DNA of 64,000 bases from an uncultured Candidatus Saccharibacteria bacterium (GTDB lineage Bacteria > Patescibacteriota > 4484-211 > JAGQKX01). A program made the translations under genes and the position numbers. This document shows, piece by piece, positions 9,500-19,413 of the stretch. A model generated the notes under the pieces. The model was not told where the DNA came from, made no database searches, and worked only from the letters and a program-made list of their open reading frames with translations. The stretch is from the NCBI GenBank assembly GCA_964392315.1, contig CAYMOT010000003.1, positions 3,665 to 67,664 on the forward strand, read 5' to 3'. Position 1 is the stretch's first letter. Each line of letters opens with the position of its first letter.

Positions 9500-11635
9500 T
9501 TACAGTTCGCAATACGAAAACCCACATTTCTTACATTTATGACAGCGATTTTCGAAGGTGAGCTTTCCGCCACAATCTGGACACTCTTTTGGTACTTTCG
9601 AGTTTGTATCACCAAACGAGAATACTTGTTCTTTTTTCGTTGCATCCCGATACACGGTCAACCCTTTACACCCAAGCTCCCAAGCCAAGATATACGCCTC
9701 TTTTATATCCTCGGGACTCACACTTGAAGCCATGTTTATTGTCTTAGTTATCGCATTATCGGTCCATTTTTGGAATGCAGCCTGCATGCGAATGTGGTCT
9801 TTCCAGTGAATATCATGTGCAACCTTAAACACATTCCTGATCTTAGCAGGTATTTCGGAGATTCCCTGAACACTACCATGATTTTCAATAATCTTTTGTA
9901 CCAATGCCTCAGAATATATGCCTTCTTCCTTAAGTCGATTTAGAAGCAACTGATTCGTTGTTTTCAACCGCATTCCACCCAAAACGTTCTGTTCATATGC
10001 CAATGCAAATAACGGCTCTATCGCAAATGAAGTCTCGCAAATCACCGCATTGCCACTGCTCGGCGGAAAAGTCAATAAGGCAACATTCCGTGGCTGTTGT
10101 TTTTTATTCGCCCATATCGATTCATTAATCAATGGAAAGGGACCTTTTTCTTTACCCAGGGCAACAGAAGTCTGAAAGGCAGATTGATACATCGTCTTTG
10201 TAACTTTCTCTGCAAGTGCAAAAGCCTCGTCGCTGTCATACGGAATGTCAAGCATGATCAACGCCTCTGCCCAACCGACTGCACCAATCCCGATGCGCCG
10301 ATGGTTACGCACAGATTCAGAAACCTCCTGTACGGGGAATGTCGATACTTCGATCACATTATCCATTAGGCGTGTTGCAACAGACATAACCTCTGAAAGA
10401 CGTGCGAAGTCGAACTTACCCTCCTTCACAAATTTTATAAAATTCACATATCCTAGATTGCAAGATTCATAGGGAAATAATGGCACCTCCCCACAAGGGT
10501 TAGTTGCCTGTATGGGGCCACGATGATTAAGGAGTGGATTTGCCAAGGCTGTGTTTCGGTTTATCGCAGAGAGGTTAATTATGCCTGGATCTCCGGTTGC
10601 CCATGCCATTTGTGCCATTAGTTCAAGAATCGAGCGTGCGTTTACCGTATTCTCAACCTCCCCACTTCTTGGATTTATTAAATCCCACTTTTTACCGTGG
10701 ATCGCAGCCTCCATAAAACTATCAGAAATTCCTACCGAAATATTCGTTTTTGGCAAATAGCCATCCTGTTGTTTTGCATTAATGAAGTTAAAGATATCTG
10801 GATGATCAGCGTTAAGTATAGCCATGTTGCCACTCTCGTATCTGCCTTCTTGTCGAAAAATACTCGTCATTAGGTCGAACATCTCTATGATCTTGACGGG
10901 ACCTGCAGCAAGCTCTGGTATTCCATCCACTACATCGTCTTTGGGCCGCAGATTACTAAAGTTGTAGCCACACCCTCCACCATCCCTTTTTATAAGCGTG
11001 GATTTGTGCAGGATTCGAAAAATATCATCAACGTCATCATCCAGTGGCCATACAAAGCAGTTTGCTAGTTGCTGTCGTTTCTTGCCGGCATTGGTAAGAG
11101 TGCGCGTACCAGGTAGGAATTCAAACCCTATCATCACGTCATAAAATTCTTTCTCCCATTTCTTTTTAAGGGCATCCGTCTTCTCAGCTCTTGCCAAGGC
11201 TTTTGCAACACGCCGAACCATTCCTGCTGGTGTCTCTATTGTTTCGCCTTTTTCACTCCGTCGCAAATAACGCCGTTTCAAAATGTATAAAGTGTTGTAC
11301 GAAAGACCTATATCATCAATCACCCCTAAAGTTTCCTTGTCCTGTAATGAATGCTTTTTATTTTCCCGGGAAAGAATAAATTGTTTTGCAGTTTTAGCGT
11401 GACCCTTCTCTATAAGTACTTTTTCGACAGCATCACCGATATTTGCGGTCGTCAAAGCGCCGGCTGGCACCTCAGACTGAATATACTCAATTACTTCCTC
11501 GGCAATTCGTTCCGATAGTCCTTTATCCTTGCCGCCAACCTGTGAAGCTGCGGTCCAGATAGAACGCACAATTTTTTCTTTACTAAAGGGTTCTTCACGC
11601 CCATCTCGTTTGGTAACTGTGGAAAAAAAAGACAT
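9500..11635 (-). CDS. nrdJ: class II (adenosylcobalamin-dependent) ribonucleotide reductase, dimeric NrdJ type with ATP-cone and C-terminal zinc ribbon
   Basis: N-terminal ATP-cone (TVTKRDGREEPFSKEKI), active-site ATNPCGEVPLFPYESCNLG, the KTIN...KGLTVYRD block, and a C-terminal CPDCGG...CHKCKKCG zinc ribbon. Confidence 0.8.
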   Translation of the reverse strand: MSFFSTVTKRDGREEPFSKEKIVRSIWTAASQVGGKDKGLSERIAEEVIEYIQSEVPAGALTTANIGDAVEKVLIEKGHAKTAKQFILSRENKKHSLQDKETLGVIDDIGLSYNTLYILKRRYLRRSEKGETIETPAGMVRRVAKALARAEKTDALKKKWEKEFYDVMIGFEFLPGTRTLTNAGKKRQQLANCFVWPLDDDVDDIFRILHKSTLIKRDGGGCGYNFSNLRPKDDVVDGIPELAAGPVKIIEMFDLMTSIFRQEGRYESGNMAILNADHPDIFNFINAKQQDGYLPKTNISVGISDSFMEAAIHGKKWDLINPRSGEVENTVNARSILELMAQMAWATGDPGIINLSAINRNTALANPLLNHRGPIQATNPCGEVPLFPYESCNLGYVNFIKFVKEGKFDFARLSEVMSVATRLMDNVIEVSTFPVQEVSESVRNHRRIGIGAVGWAEALIMLDIPYDSDEAFALAEKVTKTMYQSAFQTSVALGKEKGPFPLINESIWANKKQQPRNVALLTFPPSSGNAVICETSFAIEPLFALAYEQNVLGGMRLKTTNQLLLNRLKEEGIYSEALVQKIIENHGSVQGISEIPAKIRNVFKVAHDIHWKDHIRMQAAFQKWTDNAITKTINMASSVSPEDIKEAYILAWELGCKGLTVYRDATKKEQVFSFGDTNSKVPKECPDCGGKLTFENRCHKCKKCGFSYCEL

Positions 11636-11644
11636 GTAATTTTT

Positions 11645-13909
11645 CTAGATCTCGCATGCTCCGCCGACACATGCTAACTCTTTTGCACCTGACGTCTTAT
11701 CTTCACGCTCATAGAGTGGTAATTTTGAGAAGTCAATATGTTCAATCTTTTTCGCAAGGTCTTGGTATTGCTCTTCCGTTATCTCTTCATACGGTGCTAA
11801 TTGATATACATGATCTGTCCGCGGCAAAAATGATATACCACCAACCATATCCCAATTTTTGTATACCCAATCAGCAACACCAATCCATTCATCGGGGCCA
11901 ACATAAATCGTTACGGACGGATTATGTTCTGTATAGTTTTCCTTTAGCAGTTTCCACTGTTCAAGCATCTCAATGGCACTTACATCATCCTTATATATCG
12001 CCTTATCTGGTGATTTAACCGGAAACTCCAATACAAACGTACGTGCAGTCTCGTATTGTTGACCTACTTCGGGATGGTGTGGCATACCCTGATCGCGAAG
12101 CATTCCAAAAAGCGGATCACTTGCAGAAATCCGAACCCGCCGAATATAGTATGGCGCGTATCTCGGGTGCATACCAGAAGCGGTATTAGAGATTTGGGAA
12201 GTATTTCCTGACGGTTTAATACACGTCACACAGGTGGAAGGATTAATGCCAATTTTCTTAGCATACTTCTTATTTATCTCGATTGCATAGTCTCGCAGCT
12301 TGCGGAGCACCTTTGGATCACGTACAAGTGAATTATCCCAGTACCCCGTCATCGAAACTCCTAAGAGTGCCTCTTCTTCACAATTCTTTCGCCACTCATC
12401 AGAGAGGTACTTAAAGTTAGTCAAGCTTGCCTGATAGGTGCCAAGAATAGTAGCAAGCCGTATCTTTTCGAGAAGGTCTTCTAACTTATCTTCGGGTTTC
12501 ACCACAACTGCCGTCAGGTTACAAAACTGTTTTGAACGCAGGATAATCTCGCCACACGGGTTTGTCCCACTCATGGTGGCGTGTTCTTCAAATACTTTCC
12601 AACGACGTTCAGGTAATTGTCGCTGCAGACCACCGCGGTTGAAAATACCTCGCTCCCCTGACCCACTCTTCATAAGCGCAATCCACTCATCCAAAAACTC
12701 CGTGGATGACGGCTTTCCTTCATACACAGCAGAGTTATTAGCCATGCTTCGCTGTGGTTCGGTATTCCAGAATTGCCCCATCTTTGCATGGCGCATCTCT
12801 TCATCGTCTAGATCAGACAATGAAATGAGCGCACTACGACGAACGCCACCTGCAATAACAATCTCACCAATTTTACAAATAATGTCATGTACATCTATAT
12901 TGCTCAAACGTCGTCCTTGTCGTGCAAATACTTTTTTTCTGGCAAAGTCCATCAGCTCAATAAGCGGCTCAGGTCCCGATGCACGTCCCCCCATTGTCTT
13001 AAGGCGTGCTCCTGCGGGACGCACCTCGCTGTAGTCAAACTGAATATCTTTTCCGTTGAACCATGCCTTGAGTGCTAATACAAAGGCATCTGCCCACCCT
13101 TGTTTGCTGTCTTTGACCACGTGCGTTTTGAGCATCTTTCCTGTTTGTTTTTGGATCTGAGGTAGTTGCTGCACCACATGGCTTTCTGCAGAAAACCCCA
13201 CTCCAGTACCACACATACAGATGTACATAATTTCACCAAAATCCTCAAGCTGAGTCGGTGCAATGAAAGAGCAGTTGTATGCAGTAACGTGCGATTCGCG
13301 TGCAGCATCCCCGGAACTCCACAATAGTCGCATAGATGGCTGAATATTGTGATACAACATTGCATTCTGAACCTCGTCATACTCTTTTTTCGATAACTTT
13401 CCTCCCACATTTTCATGCATAAAATCCATAAATCGTTGAATGGTCTCCGCCCAGGTTTCGCGTCGATTCCATTCGCTTCGCCATCGAGAATATGCAATGA
13501 AGTACACCATTTCCGCAAGTTTGTTTGAAAAGTAGGTACCATTCTCTTTGAAACGTGCACGGACATCATCAGTAATTAGATCCTCTTCAGTCCGAAGCTC
13601 TGCACGTTTTTGTCGATAAATAATATAGGCTTTAGCTGTTTCTGCAAAACCTTCTACCATCAATCGTCGCTCAACAATATCCTGTACATCTTCAACCGTT
13701 GGAGTATAGTCGGGCTTTTCGTATTTCAGCGCATTTAGTTCTTTTACGACGGTATTAGCAACTTGTTGCGCATCTTGCTCGTCACCTTCGCCAGTTGCGG
13801 TAAGCGCTTTAAATATCGCTGTATCGATTTTTTTGATGTCAAACGCAACAAGCGCACCATTGCGTTTTTTGATCTCGGAATAATTGGAAGCAGTTCGTCG
13901 TGGACTCAT
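11645..13909 (-). CDS. second class II ribonucleotide reductase, monomeric RTPR-like architecture
   Basis: 754 aa. Has SGTNPCGEIILRSKQFCNLTAV (thiyl-radical Cys loop) and a C-terminal CVGGAC (CX4C redox pair, as in monomeric Lactobacillus-type RTPR). N-terminus KKRNGALVAFDIKKIDTAIFKA. Confidence 0.7.
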   Translation of the reverse strand: MSPRRTASNYSEIKKRNGALVAFDIKKIDTAIFKALTATGEGDEQDAQQVANTVVKELNALKYEKPDYTPTVEDVQDIVERRLMVEGFAETAKAYIIYRQKRAELRTEEDLITDDVRARFKENGTYFSNKLAEMVYFIAYSRWRSEWNRRETWAETIQRFMDFMHENVGGKLSKKEYDEVQNAMLYHNIQPSMRLLWSSGDAARESHVTAYNCSFIAPTQLEDFGEIMYICMCGTGVGFSAESHVVQQLPQIQKQTGKMLKTHVVKDSKQGWADAFVLALKAWFNGKDIQFDYSEVRPAGARLKTMGGRASGPEPLIELMDFARKKVFARQGRRLSNIDVHDIICKIGEIVIAGGVRRSALISLSDLDDEEMRHAKMGQFWNTEPQRSMANNSAVYEGKPSSTEFLDEWIALMKSGSGERGIFNRGGLQRQLPERRWKVFEEHATMSGTNPCGEIILRSKQFCNLTAVVVKPEDKLEDLLEKIRLATILGTYQASLTNFKYLSDEWRKNCEEEALLGVSMTGYWDNSLVRDPKVLRKLRDYAIEINKKYAKKIGINPSTCVTCIKPSGNTSQISNTASGMHPRYAPYYIRRVRISASDPLFGMLRDQGMPHHPEVGQQYETARTFVLEFPVKSPDKAIYKDDVSAIEMLEQWKLLKENYTEHNPSVTIYVGPDEWIGVADWVYKNWDMVGGISFLPRTDHVYQLAPYEEITEEQYQDLAKKIEHIDFSKLPLYEREDKTSGAKELACVGGACEI

Positions 13910-14109
13910 GATAAAAATGCTATTTTTGCCGTTAAATGGGGAAAATAGCCAACACTGTCTCCTAGTTGGTGAAGTGTATTCTTATACTACCGAAGTTGAA
14001 AAACTACGCAATGAGGAGTTTATCGTGAGCTGTACGAAGATCCCTAAATGCCCTGACGAATTAATCTCTCTCGCAACAAAAACTACCAACTAAATATTTT
14101 TACCTTCCA

Positions 14110-14667
14110 TTACGGCCTGTTTTCTAAGCTACGCTCCCATAACTTTTCCGGGGCACCTTCACGCATATTCAAATATCGCGCAAGAGTAAATAACCAATCA
14201 GATAACCGATTAATATATTGCAATACACGTGGTTCTATTAGCCGATGTTTATTAAGCGTTACTATTCTCCGTTCTGCCCTTCTACAGATTGCACGAGCTA
14301 AATGCGCTTGCGCCGCAGCAAGCGACCCACCTGGCAAAATGAAATTGCGCAGAGTTGGAAGATGATTGGTCCAATCATCAATCTGTGATTCAAGCCGTGA
14401 AACATCTAACGCGTGTATGAACGAAATATCTTCAGAAGAGAAATAACTGCCCAAACTAAAAAGATCATGTTGTACAACATCAATAATTCGACGTATTGTA
14501 GTATCTTCAGTGAGGGAAGCTACCATGCCAAGACAAGAATTTAGCTCATCAATACCACCTATTGTTTCAATTCGAGGATCGTCTTTACTCAGTGGCTTTT
14601 GATCCAAACCTGCGGTATTTCCTTGATCCCCTGCTTTGGTATAGATCTTCAATGGGTTACTACGCAA
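14110..14667 (-). CDS. PduO-type ATP:cob(I)alamin adenosyltransferase
   Basis: IYTKAGDQGNT...RIETIGGIDELNSCLG and LPGGSLAAAQAHLARAICRRAER match the MMAB/PduO family. Confidence 0.75.
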   Translation of the reverse strand: MRSNPLKIYTKAGDQGNTAGLDQKPLSKDDPRIETIGGIDELNSCLGMVASLTEDTTIRRIIDVVQHDLFSLGSYFSSEDISFIHALDVSRLESQIDDWTNHLPTLRNFILPGGSLAAAQAHLARAICRRAERRIVTLNKHRLIEPRVLQYINRLSDWLFTLARYLNMREGAPEKLWERSLENRP

Positions 14668-14724
14668 GTCACTATATCTACATTACAAACAACACTCACC
14701 ACGTTGTCGCTTGTAACTGGTAAC

Positions 14725-15921
14725 TTAACGTCTTCTTAAGAATGCGGGTTTTTCCAGTTCATTGAGTGCAGTATTCTGCTGCTGCACTTCGCCGGGAGAA
14801 ATATCCTCACGTTGAGGCTGGGGTGGCCGTTGTTCGTCTTGTTGTTCTGTCTGTGGTTGTGGCTTACGTAAGGAATCCCGAATCTGATTGATACTCCGTT
14901 GTTGATAATCATCAAAACCAGTTGCAATAACCGTAACTTTGAGGGTGTCTGTTAGATCGTCATCAATAGTTGCACCAAAAATAATTGTCGCATCAGGATC
15001 TGCAGCCGCTGCGATTACTTGCGATGCATCGTCCACTTCTTTCAAGGTAAGACCATGCCCCCCGGTAATGTTGATCAGTACACCTTTTGCGCCTTCTATC
15101 GAAGTTTCAAGGAGTGGACTCTCAACCGCAGAGCGAGCCGCATTAACCGCGCGGTCCTCACCAGTTGCCTGACCGATGCCCATAATCGCTGATCCCGCAC
15201 CACGCATGATTGATCGGACATCAGCGAAATCACGGTTGATAAGACCAGGCATCACAATAATATCTGATATACCTCTTACGGAGTTGGCTAATACAGAGTC
15301 AGCAAGTTTCAAAGCATCAGGTAAGCTCACATTAGCATCGGTGATTTCTAATAATCGTTGGTTCGGAATGACAATTAATGCATCTACATTGTCCTTAAGA
15401 TTCATAATCCCTTCTTCTGCGTTCATCATACGTTTCGTTCCTTCAAAGTGAAACGGCTTTGTCACTACACCAACAGTCAGAGCTCCTTGATTGCGTGCAA
15501 TATCCGCGACTATTGGTGCAGCACCGGTACCGGTCCCTCCGCCCATTCCTGCAGTAATAAATACCATATCAGAACCAGCCAATTTCTCATGTAAGAGTTC
15601 CGCATCTTCTTCTGCAGATTTTCTGCCAATATTGGGGTCGCCTCCTGAACCAAGGCCGCTTGTCATTTTTGAACCAATTTGGATTTTCACTTGAGCGGGT
15701 GAAAGCGCAAGATGTTGGGAATCTGTATTCACAATAAGAAAATCGACCCCTTGTACACGTTCATCATTTATCATCGTGGCTACCGCGTTACTACCACCGC
15801 CACCTACCCCTACCACTCTAATTTTTGCAAAATTTTCAATTTCCGGCTTTATCAGCATAATGACCTGATTACCAACTAACGTAATGTTTCTCTTCTTCAA
15901 CCTTGCAGCACTCCTAAACAT
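14725..15921 (-). CDS. ftsZ: cell division GTPase FtsZ
   Basis: GVGGGGSNAV, NTDSQ and the tubulin signature AGMGGGTGTGAAP are present. Probable true start is the internal MLIKPEI (about 15858). Confidence 0.9.
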   Translation of the reverse strand: MFRSAARLKKRNITLVGNQVIMLIKPEIENFAKIRVVGVGGGGSNAVATMINDERVQGVDFLIVNTDSQHLALSPAQVKIQIGSKMTSGLGSGGDPNIGRKSAEEDAELLHEKLAGSDMVFITAGMGGGTGTGAAPIVADIARNQGALTVGVVTKPFHFEGTKRMMNAEEGIMNLKDNVDALIVIPNQRLLEITDANVSLPDALKLADSVLANSVRGISDIIVMPGLINRDFADVRSIMRGAGSAIMGIGQATGEDRAVNAARSAVESPLLETSIEGAKGVLINITGGHGLTLKEVDDASQVIAAAADPDATIIFGATIDDDLTDTLKVTVIATGFDDYQQRSINQIRDSLRKPQPQTEQQDEQRPPQPQREDISPGEVQQQNTALNELEKPAFLRRR

Positions 15922-15991
15922 TAGTTAATTCGCAATTATTTTATGGGATTATAGCAGACTCGTGAAGACAATGAATATGCAGATAAGAAAT

Positions 15992-17284
15992 TTACGGCAA
16001 GAAACTTTTTCCCCAACTTACAACTTTCCCTATTGCGCCTTTTACTTGATCCACTGATGAACCCAACCCAGGCATCTGACGCGCTGGCTTGACCTGGACC
16101 ATTCGTGACCCATAGACAATACAGCCTAATGTTGCTGCATACGAAGGGCCTGAAACCTCATCGATCAACCCGGATATCCCTATAGGTTCTCCTATTCGGA
16201 CTTGATTTGCACCGGTGGTTCTACGCGCAATATCCACCAAGCCAATAGTTTGAGCTGCTCCACCAGTAACCACAATCCCCGCAGGCATCGCATTAGAGTA
16301 TCCGCTCTTTTGGATCTCTTCATTGACCTGCTCAAATATTTCTTCTATACGAGGCCTTAGAACCCCATCCCGTACGAAACGTTTGTCTACCTTTCTTAAT
16401 TCCTCAATACCTAATTCGGAAATATCAAGCTCGTTCTCGTCGGAACGAGACTTACCAGCTGCTGCTACAACAGGTGCTTTAAAATTTGATACATATAATT
16501 TGACTTTCTCAGCATCATCCAACCCTATTCGCAGACCAATTGCAAGATCGTTCGTCATATTCTTTCCACCAATGGGAAGGACTGCCGAATAAGCAGGTGA
16601 GCCGTCAACAATCAATGCAATACTGGTGGTCCCACCACCAATATCAACAAGAGCCACACCGAGTTCTTTTTCGGTTGCTGTCAGCACTGATTCTGCAGAT
16701 CCAAAACCTTCAAATACCAACCCTTGCACATCCACCCCAACCTGATGGGCACACTTCACTAAATTGCGCATACTCGTTACCGCACCATGCACAATATGAG
16801 TATCCACCTGCAATCGAACTCCGCTCATACCTATTGGATCTTGTATACCTACTTGAGAATCAACCGTGAATGAACGAGTAATTACGTCAATAATTTCTCG
16901 GGAGCCAGGAATAGATATTGCACGGGCAGCCTCTACAACCCTATCTACATCTGCTTGAGATATTTCCCCCTCCTGGGAAGCAACAGCCACAACACCTTGC
17001 GAATTAACAGAAGAAATATGCTGTCCATTTACAATAACAAACGCTGATGAAACAGCTACACCGGCCATTCGTTCAGCACCTTCCAATGATGCTTCTATTG
17101 CCTCTACCGTTGCGTCTATATCTACAATGACGCCTTTTTTTACACCTCTTGATGGTACCGTATGCTCGCCGATTATCTGGATATTGTCCTCGTCTCTTTG
17201 CGCAATGAGTGTAGAAATTTTAGAAGATCCTATATCGATTCCGGTGATTATTCTATCTTTAGACATGTGATAATTATTAAACAC
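15992..17284 (-). CDS. ftsA: cell division protein FtsA
   Basis: Actin-fold motifs (GIDIGSSKI, DIGGGTT) and the ftsA-ftsZ adjacency. Confidence 0.85.
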   Translation of the reverse strand: MFNNYHMSKDRIITGIDIGSSKISTLIAQRDEDNIQIIGEHTVPSRGVKKGVIVDIDATVEAIEASLEGAERMAGVAVSSAFVIVNGQHISSVNSQGVVAVASQEGEISQADVDRVVEAARAISIPGSREIIDVITRSFTVDSQVGIQDPIGMSGVRLQVDTHIVHGAVTSMRNLVKCAHQVGVDVQGLVFEGFGSAESVLTATEKELGVALVDIGGGTTSIALIVDGSPAYSAVLPIGGKNMTNDLAIGLRIGLDDAEKVKLYVSNFKAPVVAAAGKSRSDENELDISELGIEELRKVDKRFVRDGVLRPRIEEIFEQVNEEIQKSGYSNAMPAGIVVTGGAAQTIGLVDIARRTTGANQVRIGEPIGISGLIDEVSGPSYAATLGCIVYGSRMVQVKPARQMPGLGSSVDQVKGAIGKVVSWGKSFLP

Positions 17285-17329
17285 TATACCAAAGCCCTCC
17301 GCAAGTCACTAGCGGCACATTAACCCACA

Positions 17330-18247
17330 CTAGCGGAACTCAACAAACATTTTATCAAACCGTGCATCGATTTTCTTAACCTTTTTATCACTTGCAGCAA
17401 GCTGCTTGAGTATTGCCTCGGCATCTTCTAGTTGCTCCTGTATCGATTTGTCAAATGAAATAATTATCATTACGTCATCAGTGGTTATTAACTCAAGCGT
17501 ATAGTCGTCTTGCATATTGTACATAGTAATGGCCAATAATCGTTGATCTGATATATATTCTATTGTTTCTACCACTGAGTCGAGTACGCCATCTGGTAAT
17601 TTGGCATCCTGAATACTGCTATTTTCATATGATTCTACCCAACTCTGATACGAAAATCGCGGAAGCGGTACCATACGTGGAACAGTAGTAAATACAATAC
17701 CCTCTGAATCCAAAAGATAGTAGTCCTGGGTTATTGATTGAGCAGGTTCAGTAATGGTGGCTTGGCGATCTACTATAAGTTGCGCAACAGGTGTACGTTC
17801 TTTAATCTGCATTAAAATTGTATCGGGTAGTTTTCTAGACACATCCACTGATTTGAATACGGTTGCAGATGTAACTATTTTTTGTTCAAGCTGCTGCGGA
17901 TGTACACTCCATAGTGATCGCGCAATTACCTCTCGTTCAACGTGGTCATACACCACCTCTTTCCCCACCAACCCATCATTAAACTCTTCGTCTCCTGGTA
18001 TTCCTCCACTATAGGTAATATTGATATGCTTTATCAAAAAAATATCGCTTCGTAAAAAGAAGTATCCACTCGCAATTGCCAGTAACACCAGAGGGATGAC
18101 GCTTATTATCCGAAACGGTATGACTATAAATCTTTTACCCAACGTTGGAATAAACATACGCGCTGATGTCCGAAGTCTGCTTCTTTTGTGGAAATGTCCC
18201 GCCAGGCGGCGAATGGGTTTTAGTCTCATATATTTACTGGAGAGCAA
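17330..18247 (-). CDS. ftsQ: FtsQ/DivIB-like cell division protein (single TM plus periplasmic domain)
   Basis: N-terminal TM helix, size, and position between murG and ftsA. Confidence 0.5.
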   Translation of the reverse strand: MLSSKYMRLKPIRRLAGHFHKRSRLRTSARMFIPTLGKRFIVIPFRIISVIPLVLLAIASGYFFLRSDIFLIKHINITYSGGIPGDEEFNDGLVGKEVVYDHVEREVIARSLWSVHPQQLEQKIVTSATVFKSVDVSRKLPDTILMQIKERTPVAQLIVDRQATITEPAQSITQDYYLLDSEGIVFTTVPRMVPLPRFSYQSWVESYENSSIQDAKLPDGVLDSVVETIEYISDQRLLAITMYNMQDDYTLELITTDDVMIIISFDKSIQEQLEDAEAILKQLAASDKKVKKIDARFDKMFVEFR

Positions 18248-18297
18248 TAGCTTTACTCAAAAAAGAACAACAAGTCAGGCTTTCAGACTTGACCTGG

Positions 18298-19410
18298 TTA
18301 TTTTCGGAAATGTGAAGCAACGGTGTAAATGCTTTCTGCAATTGCCTCAAGCGCACCGAGTGTAATGAGATTTTGTGCTTCATTTGCACCAGCGGCATAC
18401 TGTGCATACTGAGCTTCCAGTGTGTCTATTGCCTGTAACAAGGAAGCCCCTGACAAATCTTTTTGCTCAAGGATATACCCGGCGCCTGCCTGCTCTAAAA
18501 TTTTTGCGTTCTCGTACTGCTCATTATGCGAAACCCACGGTATTGGAATCAGTACAGCTGGTATACCCAACGCCGCGAGTTCGTACACTGTATGCGCTCC
18601 TGCACGCGAAACTACAATATGCGCGTTCGAAAACGCTGAGCCGACCTCGTCACGGTAAATATATTGCCGAAGTATATATCGTTCTTGTAGGTGCTTTGGC
18701 AGCGAGGATCTCTTGCCATCGAGCCATTCAAAATCGTTAAATTGTGACGTACTACCACACTGATGAATTACTTTATACTTATTCAGAATCTCTTCAAGAA
18801 CTTCCACAACTGCAACGTTTATGACATGAGACCCCTGTTTGCCCGCTGTTATATAAATGGTTTTTAAACTACTGTCTTTTTGGTCGAATGTCCCCGAATT
18901 TTCAAAAATCTCTTTACGTAGTGGCAATCCTACTACTTCTGCCTTTGCAGACGAAAAATGTTTGAGGCTTTGAGGCCAAGTGAGAAAAACCTTTTGCGCA
19001 AATCGCCCAATAAGCCGATTCGCAAGTCCGGTGACTACCGTTTGTTCATGGGTTACTGATGGTACTCGTAACAAAAATCCCGCGAGTACAACTGGTACCG
19101 CAAGATACCCGCCAAACGAGACAATCACGTGTGGCCGATCGCGCAATACATACCAAAACGCCTGAACAAAGCCTATCGGTACTCGAACCCATTGGCGGAG
19201 GTCTAATGTTTTGTATAATTTACCGGCAATAAGATTCTTAAACGGTATACCTGCCTTTATAACCTCCTTGTATTCAGCGGAATCGTTTTTGTCATAGAGC
19301 GATGTGTGCCTGTGTCCAATCCACACAATGTCTGCGCCATAGGTATCACGCATGAAAACAGCGACAGCTAGTGCAGAATTATGATGTCCACCAGTAAAAA
19401 ATAGTTTCAT
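18298..19410 (-). CDS. murG: UDP-GlcNAc:lipid I N-acetylglucosaminyltransferase MurG
   Basis: FTGGHHNSALAVA (GGTGGH-like), a C-terminal GT-B fold with TAGKQGS, and the ftsW-murG adjacency. Confidence 0.85.
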   Translation of the reverse strand: MKLFFTGGHHNSALAVAVFMRDTYGADIVWIGHRHTSLYDKNDSAEYKEVIKAGIPFKNLIAGKLYKTLDLRQWVRVPIGFVQAFWYVLRDRPHVIVSFGGYLAVPVVLAGFLLRVPSVTHEQTVVTGLANRLIGRFAQKVFLTWPQSLKHFSSAKAEVVGLPLRKEIFENSGTFDQKDSSLKTIYITAGKQGSHVINVAVVEVLEEILNKYKVIHQCGSTSQFNDFEWLDGKRSSLPKHLQERYILRQYIYRDEVGSAFSNAHIVVSRAGAHTVYELAALGIPAVLIPIPWVSHNEQYENAKILEQAGAGYILEQKDLSGASLLQAIDTLEAQYAQYAAGANEAQNLITLGALEAIAESIYTVASHFRK

Positions 19411-19413
19411 AGG

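Noticed and set aside
13075-13569. 164-aa ORF on the minus strand inside the RTPR-like RNR gene (alternate frame)
   Set aside because: It is fully embedded in a well-supported CDS on the same strand, has no recognisable motifs and has a Cys/Trp-rich low-complexity composition, so it is a frame artefact.
13884-14093. 69-aa plus-strand ORF in the spacer between the pduO-like and RNR genes
   Set aside because: It has no SD or promoter context, it is antisense to the RNR 5' region, and its composition is unremarkable. The spacer is interpreted as regulatory instead.
13910-14109. Searched for NrdR boxes and a cobalamin riboswitch upstream of the RNR genes
   Set aside because: No tandem 16-bp NrdR-type palindromes and no B12-box-like element were seen by eye. 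Only the terminator-like hairpin was found, and it is reported separately.
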